From assembly GCA_030390025.1 (NCBI GenBank), contig JASTWF010000048.1, positions 1,364,001 to 1,428,000 on the forward strand: DNA of 64,000 bases, in the 5' to 3' direction. The notes beneath the pieces were generated by a model, which was not told the origin of the DNA, did not search any database, and was given only the letters and a program-made list of their open reading frames with translations. Source of the DNA: Squalus acanthias. Taxonomy: Eukaryota. Made by a program: the position numbers and the translations under genes. The first letter of the stretch is position 1. Each line of letters starts with the position of its first letter. Positions 1-11,224 of this stretch are shown here, in pieces.

Positions 1-277
1 ATAATGGCGATTATCTGAGAGTTAGGTAAGAAAGAACGAGATTCTGCAACTTTGAATTATAATGAGAACAATCTACGCATTAATAAATATTACAACAGCT
101 AAAATGACATTAAGCGCCTTAAGTTTAGTAGGTTAAAATAAATTGTCGATTTAAATATTTGATTGCTCATAGATAATTGCTTGTTAATCATGATCGAAAA
201 CGCAATGAAGTTTAGTTGATATTTTCATGAATGGATGATACCAGTACATCACTTATAATTGTTCAACATTATCTTAC

Positions 278-323
278 TGGGTGCCAGCAATAAAAGAACA
301 ACGACTAACAAATTGAAATGCAT
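278..323 (-). CDS. TRBV: Leader (signal peptide) exon of family C V gene C0; its V exon lies left of the window
   Basis: 46-nt exon MHFNLLVVVLLLLAP followed by a gtaag donor. Homologous to the C1/C2 leaders, with matching intron sequence at 1-277. Confidence 0.85.
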
Positions 324-444
324 CGTTGAGGGCGATCGACGATCTAATGCCCCAAATGGGGACTGAGAGAGAGAGCGAGGCTAATTATTACGCTTATGCA
401 AAATCCAACGTCAGAACTGGAAGTGGCGTAGGTAAAACGAAAAA

Positions 445-1560
445 AAGAGCTTGCATTTCTAAAGCGCGTTTCACGACCGAAGAACGTCACAAAGCGCTTT
501 GCAATCAGCGAATTACCTTCGAAGTGCAGTCACTGTCGTAATATAGGAAACGAGGCAGCCCAATCGGCGCTCAGCAAGATCCCACAAAGAGCAATGTGAT
601 TCATCAAAAGATAATCTACTTTTAAGTGATTTTGTTTGTGGTAAACATATTGGCCAGGACAACGGGTGAACTACGACATAGTATGCGCGCGAAACTTTAC
701 CTCCACCTGAGAGGGAAAAGAGGTTCAGGTTTAAGTATTCCCTCAGTACTGATTTCCAAATATCCAGCGCTCCCGCAGAACTATCACTCCGGCACAGCAG
801 CAATACCTGAGGACTGCACCTCCGACATGGCAGCATTTCCCTCACTACTGCCACTCTGAACGTGCAGCGCTCCCTCAGTACTGCCCCTCCAACAGTGCAG
901 CATTACATCAGTATTGCCCCTCCGACAGTGCCGCACTCCATCAGCACTGCACGTCCGCCAGTGCAGCGCTTCCTCAGTACTGCATTTCCCACAGTGCAGC
1001 GTTCCCTCAGTACTGCTCCTCCGACAGTGCAGTATTCCAACATTATTGCCCCTCCGACAGTGCAGCTTTTCGTCAGTACTGCCCTCCGACAGCGCGGCAC
1101 TTCCACAGTACTGCCCATCTGAACGTGCAGTGCTCGCTCAGTGCTGCCCCTCCGACGGTGCAGGACTCCGTCAGTACTGCCCCTCCGCCAGTGCAGCACT
1201 CCGTCAGTACTGCCATTCCGACAGTGCAGCATTCCATCAGTATTGCCGCACCCGACAATGCAGCTCTCCGTCAGAACTGCCCTCCGACAATGACGCGCTG
1301 CCTCAGTACTGCCCCTCCGAAAGTGCAGCATTCATTCAGTATTGCCCTCCGATAGTGCAGCGCTCCATCAGTATTGTCCCTCCGATAGTGCAGCGCTCCC
1401 TCAGTTTTACCCTCTGACAGCGCATCACTTCCTCTGTACTGCCCGTCCGATAGTGCAGTATTCCCTCAGTGATTTCCTCCGAAAGTGCAGCACTCCATCA
1501 GTACTGCCGCTTCGAGAATGCAGCACTTCCTCAGTACAGTCCCCCTGATAGTGCATCCTG
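445..1560 (-). mobile_element. Deu-domain (SacSINE1-like) SINE with internally expanded 33-bp minisatellite (array ~740-1560)
   Basis: The SINE 3' tail and body match the unexpanded copy at 4097-4500, followed by tandem CAGTACTGCCCCTCCGACAGTGCAGCGCTCCCT-like units. Confidence 0.75.
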
Positions 1561-2944
1561 ATTCGGAATGCACTGCCTTAAAGTGCGATGGAACTGAATT
1601 CAATAGTACATTTCAAATGGGAACTGGCTATACATTTGAAAAGGAACATAAATTAAGGGGCTAAAATGAAAAGAGAAAATGCTGGAAATACTCAACAACA
1701 GGTCAGGCAGCATCTGTGGAGAGAGAAACAGAGTTAACGTTTCAGGTCGATGACACTTCGTTTTTATAAATTAAGGGCTATTGGATAAGAGCGGAGGTTG
1801 GGACTATTTGTATAGGGGAGACCAAAACTCGTGGTCATAAATATAACATAGCCACGAATACATCTACTCTGGAATTCAGGAGCAATCTACTTACACAAAG
1901 ATGCATTTTAAAGGAAGCAATATAAGGACAGGCGGGAGAAACGGATAGAAGGATATGCTGATGTGGTGTGATGAAAATGGCTGGGAGGAGAATCATGTGG
2001 GACTAATTGGATAGCTCTTTGTAACAGCCGGACCGGGCTCGATGGGCCGAGTGGCCTCCTTCTGTGGTGCACCTTTAATGATTCTATAAACCACAGAATA
2101 TTTTGGCGTTGAACTTCCCTCCAGATTCAGGCAGTGCGGGTTTCAGTTCCCATTTGCGAAACGAGAATTAAACGGTTAAATACTTCGCGGGGCTGCACAA
2201 CTCGATTCTTTGAAAAACACATCAAATGGCATCAAGAGTCTGATAGATAGGTGGGTTAACGGTTTTTAACAGACACTCAAACATCTGTCAGGAGGCAGGT
2301 GTTCCAGTGAGAAACGGATCTCCTCTTTGCACAGCGTGAAACATCCGTCACCCGTTTAAAGGTTCTAAGATGAACTAATTCCCCTTTGTATGGGGTTCTG
2401 GCGCTTAGTGCAGAGAAGTTTAAGGGGAGCTTTGAAAGAGCTGTTCAAAAGCATTATTTTTTTTCATGGATTAAGTAATGAGAAACTGTAGCAAGTGTCA
2501 GGAGGGTCGATAAACAGAGGAGGGAGATTTAAGGTAATTAACAAAAGAACCAGAGGGCGAGATGAGTTGAATCTTCTCCTCAGTGAATTGTTATGATCTG
2601 AAATGCGCTGCCTGAGCGGGCGGTGAAGCAGATTCAATGGTAATTTTCAAAAAGGAATTGGAGAAATAATTGAAGCGGAATTATATTCAGTGCTGTGGGG
2701 AACCGGTCAGGGGACTGTGCCCAATTGGATAGATCCCTCAGAAAACCGGCACATGCTCGATAGACCGAATGGCCTTCTTCTGTGCTAGATCATTCTATGA
2801 TTCTATGATAATCAGCGCATCTCTCGTCGGTATTGCGACAGGTGGGATAAGCATCTCCTTAAATATCGTGAGCTTGTGAAATATTCACTGCTATAATTGG
2901 GAGCTATGCGTATTTCCTTCCCATATTCATATGCCCGTTCTTTC

Positions 2945-3250
2945 ATAAGAACATAAATACTAAGAGCAGGAGTAGGCCATTGGGCCCCTCAGGCCTGCTT
3001 CGCCATTCAATAAGATTATGGCTGATCATCGACCTCAACTCCACTTTCCCGCACGATTTCCATATCCCTTGATTCCCCTTAGTCCAAAGATCTATCTATC
3101 TCAGCCTTGAATATACTCAAAGACTTAGCATTCACAGCCCTCTGGGGCATAGAATTCCAAAGACTCCCAACCCTCTGAGTGAAGAAATTGTTCCTCATCT
3201 CAGTCTTAAATGGCCTACCCCTTATCCTGAGATTATGCCCCCCAACAGGA
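2945..3250 (-). mobile_element. CR1 LINE 3' fragment
   Basis: Reverse complement of a CR1 C-terminus (LRIRGRPFKTE..FFTQRVV..WNS) with 3' UTR and tail. Paralog at ~32560-32860. Confidence 0.75.
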
Positions 3251-3394
3251 ACATTAACCCATTTACCCCACCTCCTAATCAGTTGTTAAAATGTAGAGGA
3301 TACCTTAATGAAAAGCACATGCGAAATATTGATATAGCATTTTAAGTCATTAATAATCTATTGTAATAATCTGAAGTGATATCGAGTAAGAAGA

Positions 3395-3750
3395 AGGAGG
3401 TGTCGATGCAGGGAGGATGTTTCGACTGTCGGGGGAGTCTCGAACCAGGGGTCACAGTCTCAGAATAAGGGTTCGGCCATTTAAGACTGAGATGAGGAAG
3501 AATTTCTTCACTCAGAGGGTGGTGAATCTTTGGAATTATCCACCTCAGAGAGCTGTGGAGGTTCAGTCGATGAGTATATTTAAGACAGAGATCGATAGAT
3601 TTTTGATTATTAATGGAATCAACGGATTTGGGGACAGTTCAGGAAAGTCCAGATGAGGTCGAAGATCAGCCATGATCTTATTGAATAGCGGAGCAGCCTC
3701 GAAGGGTTAAATGGCCTACTCCTTCTCCAATTTCTTATGTTCTTAGGTTC
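3395..3750 (+). mobile_element. CR1 LINE 3' fragment
   Basis: ORF 3417-3656 (ESRTRGHSLRIR..FFTQRVVNLWN) plus 3' UTR ending ttcttatgttctt. Paralog at ~33020-33370. Confidence 0.8.
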
Positions 3751-3819
3751 TGATGAAACAATATGAATAAAATGTAATCCATGATATATCACTTATTTTA
3801 ACGGTATGACTTAAAGCTT

Positions 3820-4096
3820 AGCGATAGATAGATGATATCACGACAGATAGATAGATAGATCTGAGCTAGATAGATAATGGGATAGACAGATCAGAGCTCG
3901 ATGGACAGATCGATGACAGACCTATGTAGATATGGCAGATGGATAGAGAGATGGATATTTAGATAGATAGACAGACGGACAGAAAGTAAGACAGGCAGAT
4001 AGATAGATAAAAGAAAGAAAGAATAAAAGAACGAAAGAAAGAAAGACAGAAAGAAAGAAAGAAGGAAAGTCAGACAGAAAGAAAGAAAGAAAGCAA
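3820..4096 (+). repeat. (GATA)n/(GAAA)n microsatellite
   Basis: Degenerate gata/gaca repeats followed by gaaa repeats; the gaaa part is the tail of the adjacent SINE. Confidence 0.85.
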
Positions 4097-4500
4097 GACT
4101 TGCATTTATATAGCGCCTTTCACTATCACCGGACGTCTCAAAGCGATTTACAGTCAATTGAGTACTTTTGAAGTGTAGTCACTGTTGTAATACGGGAAAC
4201 GCGGCAGCCAATTTGCACACAGCAAGATCCCACAAACAACAATGCGAAAATGACCACATAATCTGTTTGTGTTAAGTTTGTTGAGGAATAAATATTGGCC
4301 CCAGGACACCGGGGATAACTCCCCTGCTCTTCTTCGAAATAGTGCCATGGGATAATTTATGTCCACCTGAGAGAGCAGACGGGGCCTCGGTTTAACGTCT
4401 CATCCGAAAGACGGCACCTCCGACAGTGCAGCGCTCTCTCAGCATTGCACTGGAGTGTCAGCCTAGCTTTACGTGCCCAAGTCCCTGGAAAGGATGGAGT
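4097..4500 (-). mobile_element. Deu-domain (SacSINE1-like) SINE, unexpanded copy 3' of the A1 RSS
   Basis: Minus strand reads TGCACTGTCGGAGGTGCCGTCTTTCGGATGAGACGTTAAACCGAGG..GGCGCTATATAAATGCAAGTC. It holds a single copy of the 33-bp unit. Confidence 0.75.
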
Positions 4501-4577
4501 AAAGAGACACACAAACAGACTGACAGACAGACAACGAGACAGATCTATCTTCCACAGTTATTTCCTGCCGCCTTTGG

Positions 4578-4616
4578 GGTTTTTGTTGAGCTCCTCCATC
4601 TCTCTGAGTCACTGTG
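4578..4616 (-). other. 23-RSS of V gene A1
   Basis: CACAGTG (4616-4610), 23-bp spacer, ACAAAAACC (4586-4578); perfect consensus. Confidence 0.97.
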
Positions 4617-5523
4617 CAGACTCCAGGCGCAATAATACACGGCCGACTGATTCGCCCACAGACTGGAGGATTCCAGGTAGAAGTGGGTGTTGTCGGGTCT
4701 GTTGGCGGTAAAACCGTCCACCTCACCAGACGGATTGACCATTCCGGGGACGTTAGAATAGAAAAGGTTTTCAGGCTCCCGGTTAGGAAGCCACCGGTAC
4801 CAGTAGAAATAGGAGCCAGCTTCTGCTTCTGTGTAAAGGCAATCGATGCGAATTGGAGTGCCCGGGAAATTGGATATGGAAGCGGGAGTCTGTTCGATCA
4901 GCACGGCCCCCACATCTGGAAAACAGAGAAAGAGAGAGACAGATATATAAACCAAGTGAGAAGTTGCATATAGACACACGCCACGAAGGTGCAGACGAGA
5001 GGAGAGCGAGAGTGAGGGCGAGAGGGGGCGAGAGAGGCAGACATACACAGCGAAATGGAGAGAAGAGAAAGAGACAATGATAGAGAGAATGTGACACAGA
5101 TAGATAAGAGAAACAGTCTACACATCGACAGAGGACGAGAAGGATCACACGAGGAGAGAGCGTTAGAAAAGAGAAAGAAAGAGGGAGAGAGAGTGAGAGA
5201 AATATAGAGCCAAAGAGAGAGATAGACTCACAAAGAGAGAGAGTGTGAGACAAGTGAAATATAAACGGACAGTCAGGCAGTAAGACAGGCTGAGAGAGAC
5301 AAAGCGGCAGAGAGAGATAGCGGCAGAGAGCGTGAGAGGCAGAGAGAGGGAGACAGACAGACAGAGAGAGCAAAATATAAACCGAGTTAGAGAGAATCTA
5401 CACCCGCCCGCGGTGTGAAGTGACACACTGGGATATAAAAGTGAGGGGCGCTGGAATTTAACATCCCAGCTCCACCTTACCCGTTAACACCAGCAACACA
5501 ACCCAGAGCGGATACACAGCCGT
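4617..5523 (-). CDS. TRBV: TCR V segment A1 (TRBV30-like); open frame but leader starts with ACG
   Basis: Leader 5523-5481 (ACG GCT GTG TAT CCG CTC TGG..G|gtaag). V exon 4915-4617 DVGAVLIEQTP..C..WYRW..YYCAWSL with an ag acceptor. Confidence 0.9.
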
Positions 5524-5790
5524 CTCTGGAGGGAGAAAGATCTGGATGTTTAATGAGTGAAATCACTGAGCTGTTTTATTGTAGAATATCACAAAGCTCT
5601 GAGCACTGTGTGGAATTTACTGTCCCATCCTCGCCAATGTTAAACTTTCGGATGGGAGGGGCCAATCTCTCTTCACTTGTTCATTGGCTCCGACATCGGG
5701 TTGGTCCTTTCCGGGGCGGGGCTAATGAGGAACCCGGATAATCGACGGCCTGCCTCCTCCCTTTCAAGGCGGGGCCGGGTGTTTTTAAAA
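5524..5790 (-). promoter_or_regulatory. Family A V promoter (conserved upstream of A1-A4)
   Basis: Decamer-like AGTGATTTCA (5567-5558), AATAAAA (~5574-5580), CCAAT boxes, and GC box ggggcgggg (5713-5721). The block is conserved in all four copies. Confidence 0.55.
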
Positions 5791-6597
5791 CCTGCAAGAA
5801 CCCAAAGACTCCATCTGGGATGTCAGTGATGCTGAGGGAGTGATAAAAATGTAGTTATACTGTCTGTCTGACTCATTCTGTGGATTTAATCTGCATCTAA
5901 TCAGTGAGTGATGGGCTATATTCCGTATCTAAACAGGGAGTGAGGGACTTTACACGGAGTCTAAATATTGACTGAAGGGCTTTACTTTGTATCTAAACAG
6001 CGAGTGGTGGACTTTACTCTGTATCTAACCAATGAATCATCGGCTTCCTACTGTAATCAACCAGTATATGACGTGACTCACTCTGTACCTAATCAATAAT
6101 TGATGGGCTTCACTCTGTATCAAATCAATGCCTCATCGAAACTACACTGTATTCAATCGCTGTACCAAGCAGGGCTGCCCATGTATTTAACCCGTGCTCT
6201 CACTTATCTAAACCGGGTTGACCGGATATCTAAGCCGTGCTGCCCATGTATTTAATCAGTTCCTTCCCTGTACCTAACCCGTACTGTGCCTGTATCTAAT
6301 GTGTGCTGTCCCTGTACAAAATGTGTGCTGTGCCTGTGTCTTTCGAGTGCTGTACCTGTATCTAACCCGTGCAGCCCATATATGAAATCAGTTCAGTCCC
6401 TGTACATATCCAGTACTTTCACTGCATCTTACGCATACCCTCCCTGTGTCAAACCCGTACTGTCCTGTATCTAACCCGTGCTGTCCCTTCTCACACAACA
6501 AAACCGTCACGCCCCCCACACTCTTCGCCTCAGGATTGACTATACTCCCAGCATGCAGCGACTGGTTCGATGCTGAGCCCCGTTCTCAGCTGCACCG

Positions 6598-6636
6598 GGT
6601 TTCTTTTGCACCGCCCCGCATCCTTGTGTCACTTTG
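6598..6636 (-). other. Defective 23-RSS of B1
   Basis: Heptamer CAAAGTG (invariant CAC broken), 23-bp spacer, nonamer AAAGAAACC. Confidence 0.85.
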
Positions 6637-7067
6637 GAGTCGCCAGGCGCAGTAATACACCACCGAGTGGTTCGCTCGCAGGCGGGCAGTTTGCAGTTGG
6701 ATGGTGGAGTCTTCGGGTCTAGAGGCGGTGAAGCCGTCCACCTCTCCCGCTGGCTCGATTCGGTCGGTGTTGGGAGAGTAGAAGAGCAGCACGAGCTCTT
6801 CCACCGGGAGCTTACGGTACCAAGAAATCTCTGAGCTGAAGGAACCCTCCGCAGAACAGCGGATCCGCACTGGCGAGTGCAGGGAATCGGAGATTACAGG
6901 CGGACTTTGAAGAACTTTGCCGCTCGCTACATCTTGCGAATAATTTGAAAATTATTGTGTTAACACAGGGGGCCGTTGACATTCGGAGCCAAACTGCGCA
7001 CAAGCAATGCCGAGGGAGACTTACTGTGCAACAGCAGCGCAGACACATGACATCGGGTTAAATGCAT
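6637..7067 (-). pseudogene. TRBV: TCR V segment B1 (TRBV30-like); open frame but probably non-rearranging
   Basis: Leader 7067-7025 MHLTRCHVSALLLH, 92-nt intron, V exon 6932-6637 ..KVLQSPP..CSAEG..WYRK..LLFYS..YYCAWRL. The RSS is mutated. Confidence 0.85.
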
Positions 7068-7564
7068 TTTGTTGTCCAGTTTGCAGAAGAGAAACAAACC
7101 GGGATTATGCAAAAATCTGCTCTCCCGGCGGCTGCGTGGCGGCTTTATGTTATTGCAGTTCTGTTTGTTTTACAGCTGCTGGCCGAGCACTGAAGGCCGC
7201 GCCCCATTACAGCCTGATTGACAGCTGTCGCTATAACCCCGCCCCCTTACAGCTTCTCTCGACTCCTCACGTAACCGAATTCCCTCATCCCTGGTACAAT
7301 TCCGGCAAATCTCCCCTGCAAGCTCTGTCTGGCCTTGACACCCTTCCAATGGTGCGTTCCGTAGGATTGGACTCACATTTCTACCTGGGGCTGCAGAAAA
7401 TCGTTTCTCAATTTCCAATAGTAGAAACAAAACGAACAATGCTGTGAGGAAGTTGTTCCTCAATTCGATTCTGACACAGCCCCAGAAATAAAAGAGTAAA
7501 TTGGACAAAATTGAATTGCATCCTGGAGGTAAAATGTAATCCTGCAGTCCGTAAGTGTGACCCG

Positions 7565-7745
7565 AGCTTCCGGTCGCTTGTCACTTTAATTCTCTGCTCC
7601 AGTCCGACTCAGTCCTCACCGTCCTCGGCCTCTTACACTGTTCCAATGAAGCTGAACGTAAGTTCGAGGAACAGCACCTCATCTTTCTATTAGGCACTTT
7701 ACAGCCTTCTGGACTCAACATAGAGATCAACAATTTCAGACCATA
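7565..7745 (+). mobile_element. Penelope-like GIY-YIG C-terminal remnant (paralog at ~37160-37340)
   Basis: Decayed frame resembling HFNS..CSNEAERKFEEQHLIF.LGTLQPSGLNIE.NNFR. Confidence 0.6.
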
Positions 7746-8124
7746 ACCTCTGCCCCTATCCTTTTTTCCCAATATTTTCCCTTCTTTCTTTCTGTCTTTC
7801 TTTCTCACATAGTTTCTTTTTCTTTGTCTTTCATTCTTTGTCTATCACTTTCTCTCTTTCTTTCCTCATTTCTTTTATATTCAACACTTTTTTGTCTGCC
7901 TTTCTTACTTAATCCGAGGCTCCATGTGAGATGGCAGTAATGGTGAGTTGGTTAAACAACCTCTTCCTGCCTTTCTTTCTTTCCCCCTCTTTCAATCTCT
8001 CTTTCTCTTTGACATTCTACTTGCCTTTGTTTCCTGCTTTCATTCCATCGCTCCCTTTACTTTCTTTCTACTTTTATCATTAACTTTGCATTCTTGTCGT
8101 CTCCCTTCTATGTCTTTCTAAATT

Positions 8125-8790
8125 AACAACAACAACTTGCATTTATATAGCGCCTTTAACGTTGTAAAACGTCCCAAGGCTTTTCACAGGAGCGTTATCA
8201 AAAAAAATTGATAATGAGCCACTTAAGGAGATATTAGGGCAGATGACCAAAAACTTGGTTTAAGAGCGAGGTTTTAAGGAGCGCCTTAAAGGAGCAATGA
8301 CGTTTAGAGAGGCGGAGAGGCTTAGTTAGAGATTTCAAGTGCTTACGGCCTCAACAGCTGAAAGCACGGCCGCCAATGGTGTAGCAATTAAAATTCGAGG
8401 ATGCGGAATAGCCCAGAAATGCAGGAACGCAGATATCTCGTACGGTTGTGGGGCTGGGGTGGTTTCAGAGAGGGTGGGGCGAGCCACGGAGGGATTTGAA
8501 AGCAAACATGAGAATTTTAAAACGGAGGCGTTGCTCAACCGGCAGCCAATGTAGGTCAGCGAGCACAGGGGTGATGGTTGAACGCGGCTTGGTACGAGTT
8601 AGAATAAGGTCAGCACAGTTATAGTTTAGGGAGGCTGGAAATTGGAAGGCCGGCCAGTGGGGCGTTGGAATAGTCAAGTCTGGAGGTAACAACGGCATGG
8701 ATCAGGGTTACAGCCGCGGATGAGCTGAGGCAGGGGCAGAATCAGTGATGTTACGGAGGTTCAAGTAGGCGGTCTTAATGATGGCGCGAA
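8125..8790 (-). mobile_element. L2-type LINE 3' fragment (paralogs ~18195-18860, ~37765-38410, ~51268-52828)
   Basis: ITPVLADLHWLPVEQRLRFKILM motif, with a 3' tail GGCGCTATATAAATGCAAGTTGTTGTTG on the minus strand. Confidence 0.75.
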
Positions 8791-8794
8791 GTTC

Positions 8795-9520
8795 TGCAGT
8801 GGTGTTCCCCAATGGTCAGGTTTGGATCCATTAATCTTTGCAATTTTTACAAAAACTTCCTAGACTCGGTTCAAGGAGCAGTATCATAAAGTATTCAAAT
8901 GACGCATAACCTTTGGAAGTAGTAGATGGAGATTAGGATATTTGTAGAATTCAGGATGACATAAACAGCACGGCGAAATCGGCAGAAGCATGGCAGATGC
9001 AGTTCAATGTGGAGAATTGTGAATTGGTCCACTTTGGAGCACTAATATGGAAGGAGTGAATAATATAAATGGCACGATTTTGCAAAGTGTAGATGAGCAG
9101 AGAGACCTTGGTGTCCATATACATAAAACCTTAAAGGCGTCAGAGCAATTGATAATGTGGTTTAAAAAGCATATGGGTTACTTGGGTTTATAAATAGTTC
9201 AGTAGAAAATAAAAACAAAGAGATCATACTGGAACTTTGGAAAACACTGGTTAGGACTCATCTGGAGTATTCTGGACAATTTTGGCACCTAACTGCAGGA
9301 AAGATGTATAGGCCTTAGAAAGGGTACAGAGGAGGTTTAACACGATGTTACCAGGAATGAGGGACTTCGGATATGAGGAGAGATTGGTAAAGTTAGGTCT
9401 GTTCTCCTTGCAACAGAAATGTTTAAGAGGTGACCAAATAGAGATTTTCAAGAGAATGACAGGTTTTGCTAGAGAAAATTATAGACGTAGAAAAAACTAT
9501 TCCCACTGGCGAGTGTGTCA
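8795..9520 (+). mobile_element. Decayed CR1 RT fragment (paralog ~18865-19830)
   Basis: Degenerate SGVPQ, WQMQFN and LERVQRRF motifs. Confidence 0.65.
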
Positions 9521-10271
9521 ATAGCCGGCGTTCATAGAAACCTATAAAAATAGCCATGGCTAATTCTGTACCAAAGCGGGTCGTGGCACAGGCTACAATG
9601 GAGCTACAGCGCCAGCTAATGGCAACAACGTGCAACTACATGCAACTGGATCTTGTTACTTTCCAGGTACAACTGATATGGAAGGTAATTTCAACTCATG
9701 TCCTGAAATTGATTTGGCTTCTAATTATTTTCCGCTCTGCTTCAGATGTTGACGATCTAACATAGAATTGCATCGAATTTACAACACGGAATCCTGTCCA
9801 ATTGGACAATCCAGGGCTTTATCCTGTACAGGAGGCACCTCCCACCTCACTTCATCTCACCTTATCAGCAGAACCTTCTACTCCTTTCTCCCTAGAGTCT
9901 TTATCCAGCTTCTATGGTATTTGCCTCAAGCCGTCCTTGTGTTAGCATGTTCCACGCTCTCAGCACTCTCTGTGTCAAGAGGTTTTCCTTGAATTCCTTT
10001 TTAAATTTTGTAGTGAATATCTTATATACATGGCTCGTATTTTGGATCAACCGCATAAGTTGAAACATAATCTCTACGTCTACCCTATCAAAACCTTCCA
10101 TGAACTTAAATCATTCCAAGTGTGGTCTAACAACGCTATATGGAGACCAGACCTGTGTACGGTATTCTCAGTGTGTTCTAACCAAGTTATATGGAGATTA
10201 GAACTGAGCGCTCGGCGCTGTTCTCTGAATCCTCTGTAAACTTACACGAGTCTGACGGCAGTTCGTCTGAG

Positions 10272-10310
10272 GGTTTTTGTCGAGGCGGCGGATGAGTCTG
10301 AACCGCTGTG
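10272..10310 (-). other. 23-RSS of C1
   Basis: CACAGCG, 23-bp spacer, ACAAAAACC. Confidence 0.95.
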
Positions 10311-11112
10311 TCCCATCAGTAGCTGCACAGAAATACACCGCCGCATCCGTGTGTTTAACGCTGTCGATCTTCAGAGTGGATTTCTTATTTTCCACAGTCC
10401 TCGTAATGGCAAACCCGCTCTCAAAACCCTCACCATACTGAGCTTCACTGCTTAAATAAATAGACCCGATGTAGGTGAATCCTTGTCCAGCGGATTGCCG
10501 ATACCACAGCATGTTGTTGCCGACTGTTCCATTCTGATAACAATTTAACTCTGCCTCTCCTCGCTGATCAACAGTAATCGAAGTCGGCCACTGATGGATC
10601 ACATCTGCCAGCGGACAGTCTGAAAAAGAGGCGGCAGAGATGATAAAAAGAATCGGATGTAATTGAGAAATTCGGTTGGCTTTTCAAATAAAGCCCGGGA
10701 CGGAAAACCGGCATTGTGGAGACGCCGATTCGCAAACGCCAGTTAAAATCTACCCGATAATTCGGGGATTACCGCCAAATGAAAAACATAATGGCGGTTG
10801 TCCTACAGTTTGGTAAGAAAGAACGAGATTTCGCAAACTTACATTATAATGAGAACAATTAATGCATCAATAAATATTAAAACAGCTTAAATAACATTAA
10901 TCGCCTTAAATTTGTTAGATTAAAATAAATTCTCGATTTAAATATTTGATTGCTCATGGATAATTGCTCGTTAATCATGAGCGAATACCACAATGTAGCT
11001 CAGTAAATAATTTTCATGAATGGATGAAACTAGCACATCACTTATAATTGTTCAACATTATCTTACTCGGTGCCAGCATTAAAAGAGCAAAGGCTAAAAA
11101 ATTGAAATGCAT
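10311..11112 (-). CDS. TRBV: TCR beta V segment C1, apparently functional
   Basis: Leader 11112-11067 MHFNFLAFALLMLAP|gtaag. V exon 10619-10311 ..DVIHQWP..LNCYQNGT..MLWYRQ..DAAVYFCAATDG. Confidence 0.92.
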
Positions 11113-11215
11113 CGTTGAGGTGGATCGACGATCTAATGCCCCGAATGGGGACTGACGGAGAGAGCGACGCTAATTATTACGCATATGCAAAATCCAAGGT
11201 CAGAACCGGATGTTG
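11113..11215 (-). promoter_or_regulatory. Family C V promoter (conserved upstream of all six C leaders)
   Basis: Conserved TATGCAAAAT (11184-11193, octamer-like) and an Ets-like (C)CGGA(A/T)G motif (11205-11212). Confidence 0.5.
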
Positions 11216-11224
11216 CGTTGGTAA

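Noticed and set aside
4783-5426. Leu/Ser-rich or Arg/Glu-rich ORFs in family A introns (also ~15 kb, ~34.5 kb, ~47.8 kb)
   Set aside because: These are translations of GA/CT-rich low-complexity intron sequence.
4617-7067. A-B pairs as a NAR-TCR-like double-V arrangement
   Set aside because: Each V has its own promoter, leader and 23-RSS. I found no D or J between them and no leaderless supporting V.
10848-10900. Alternative leader/donor (gtaag) closer to the C1 V exon
   Set aside because: It has in-frame stops and the donor is not conserved in paralogs. The true leader is 11067-11112.
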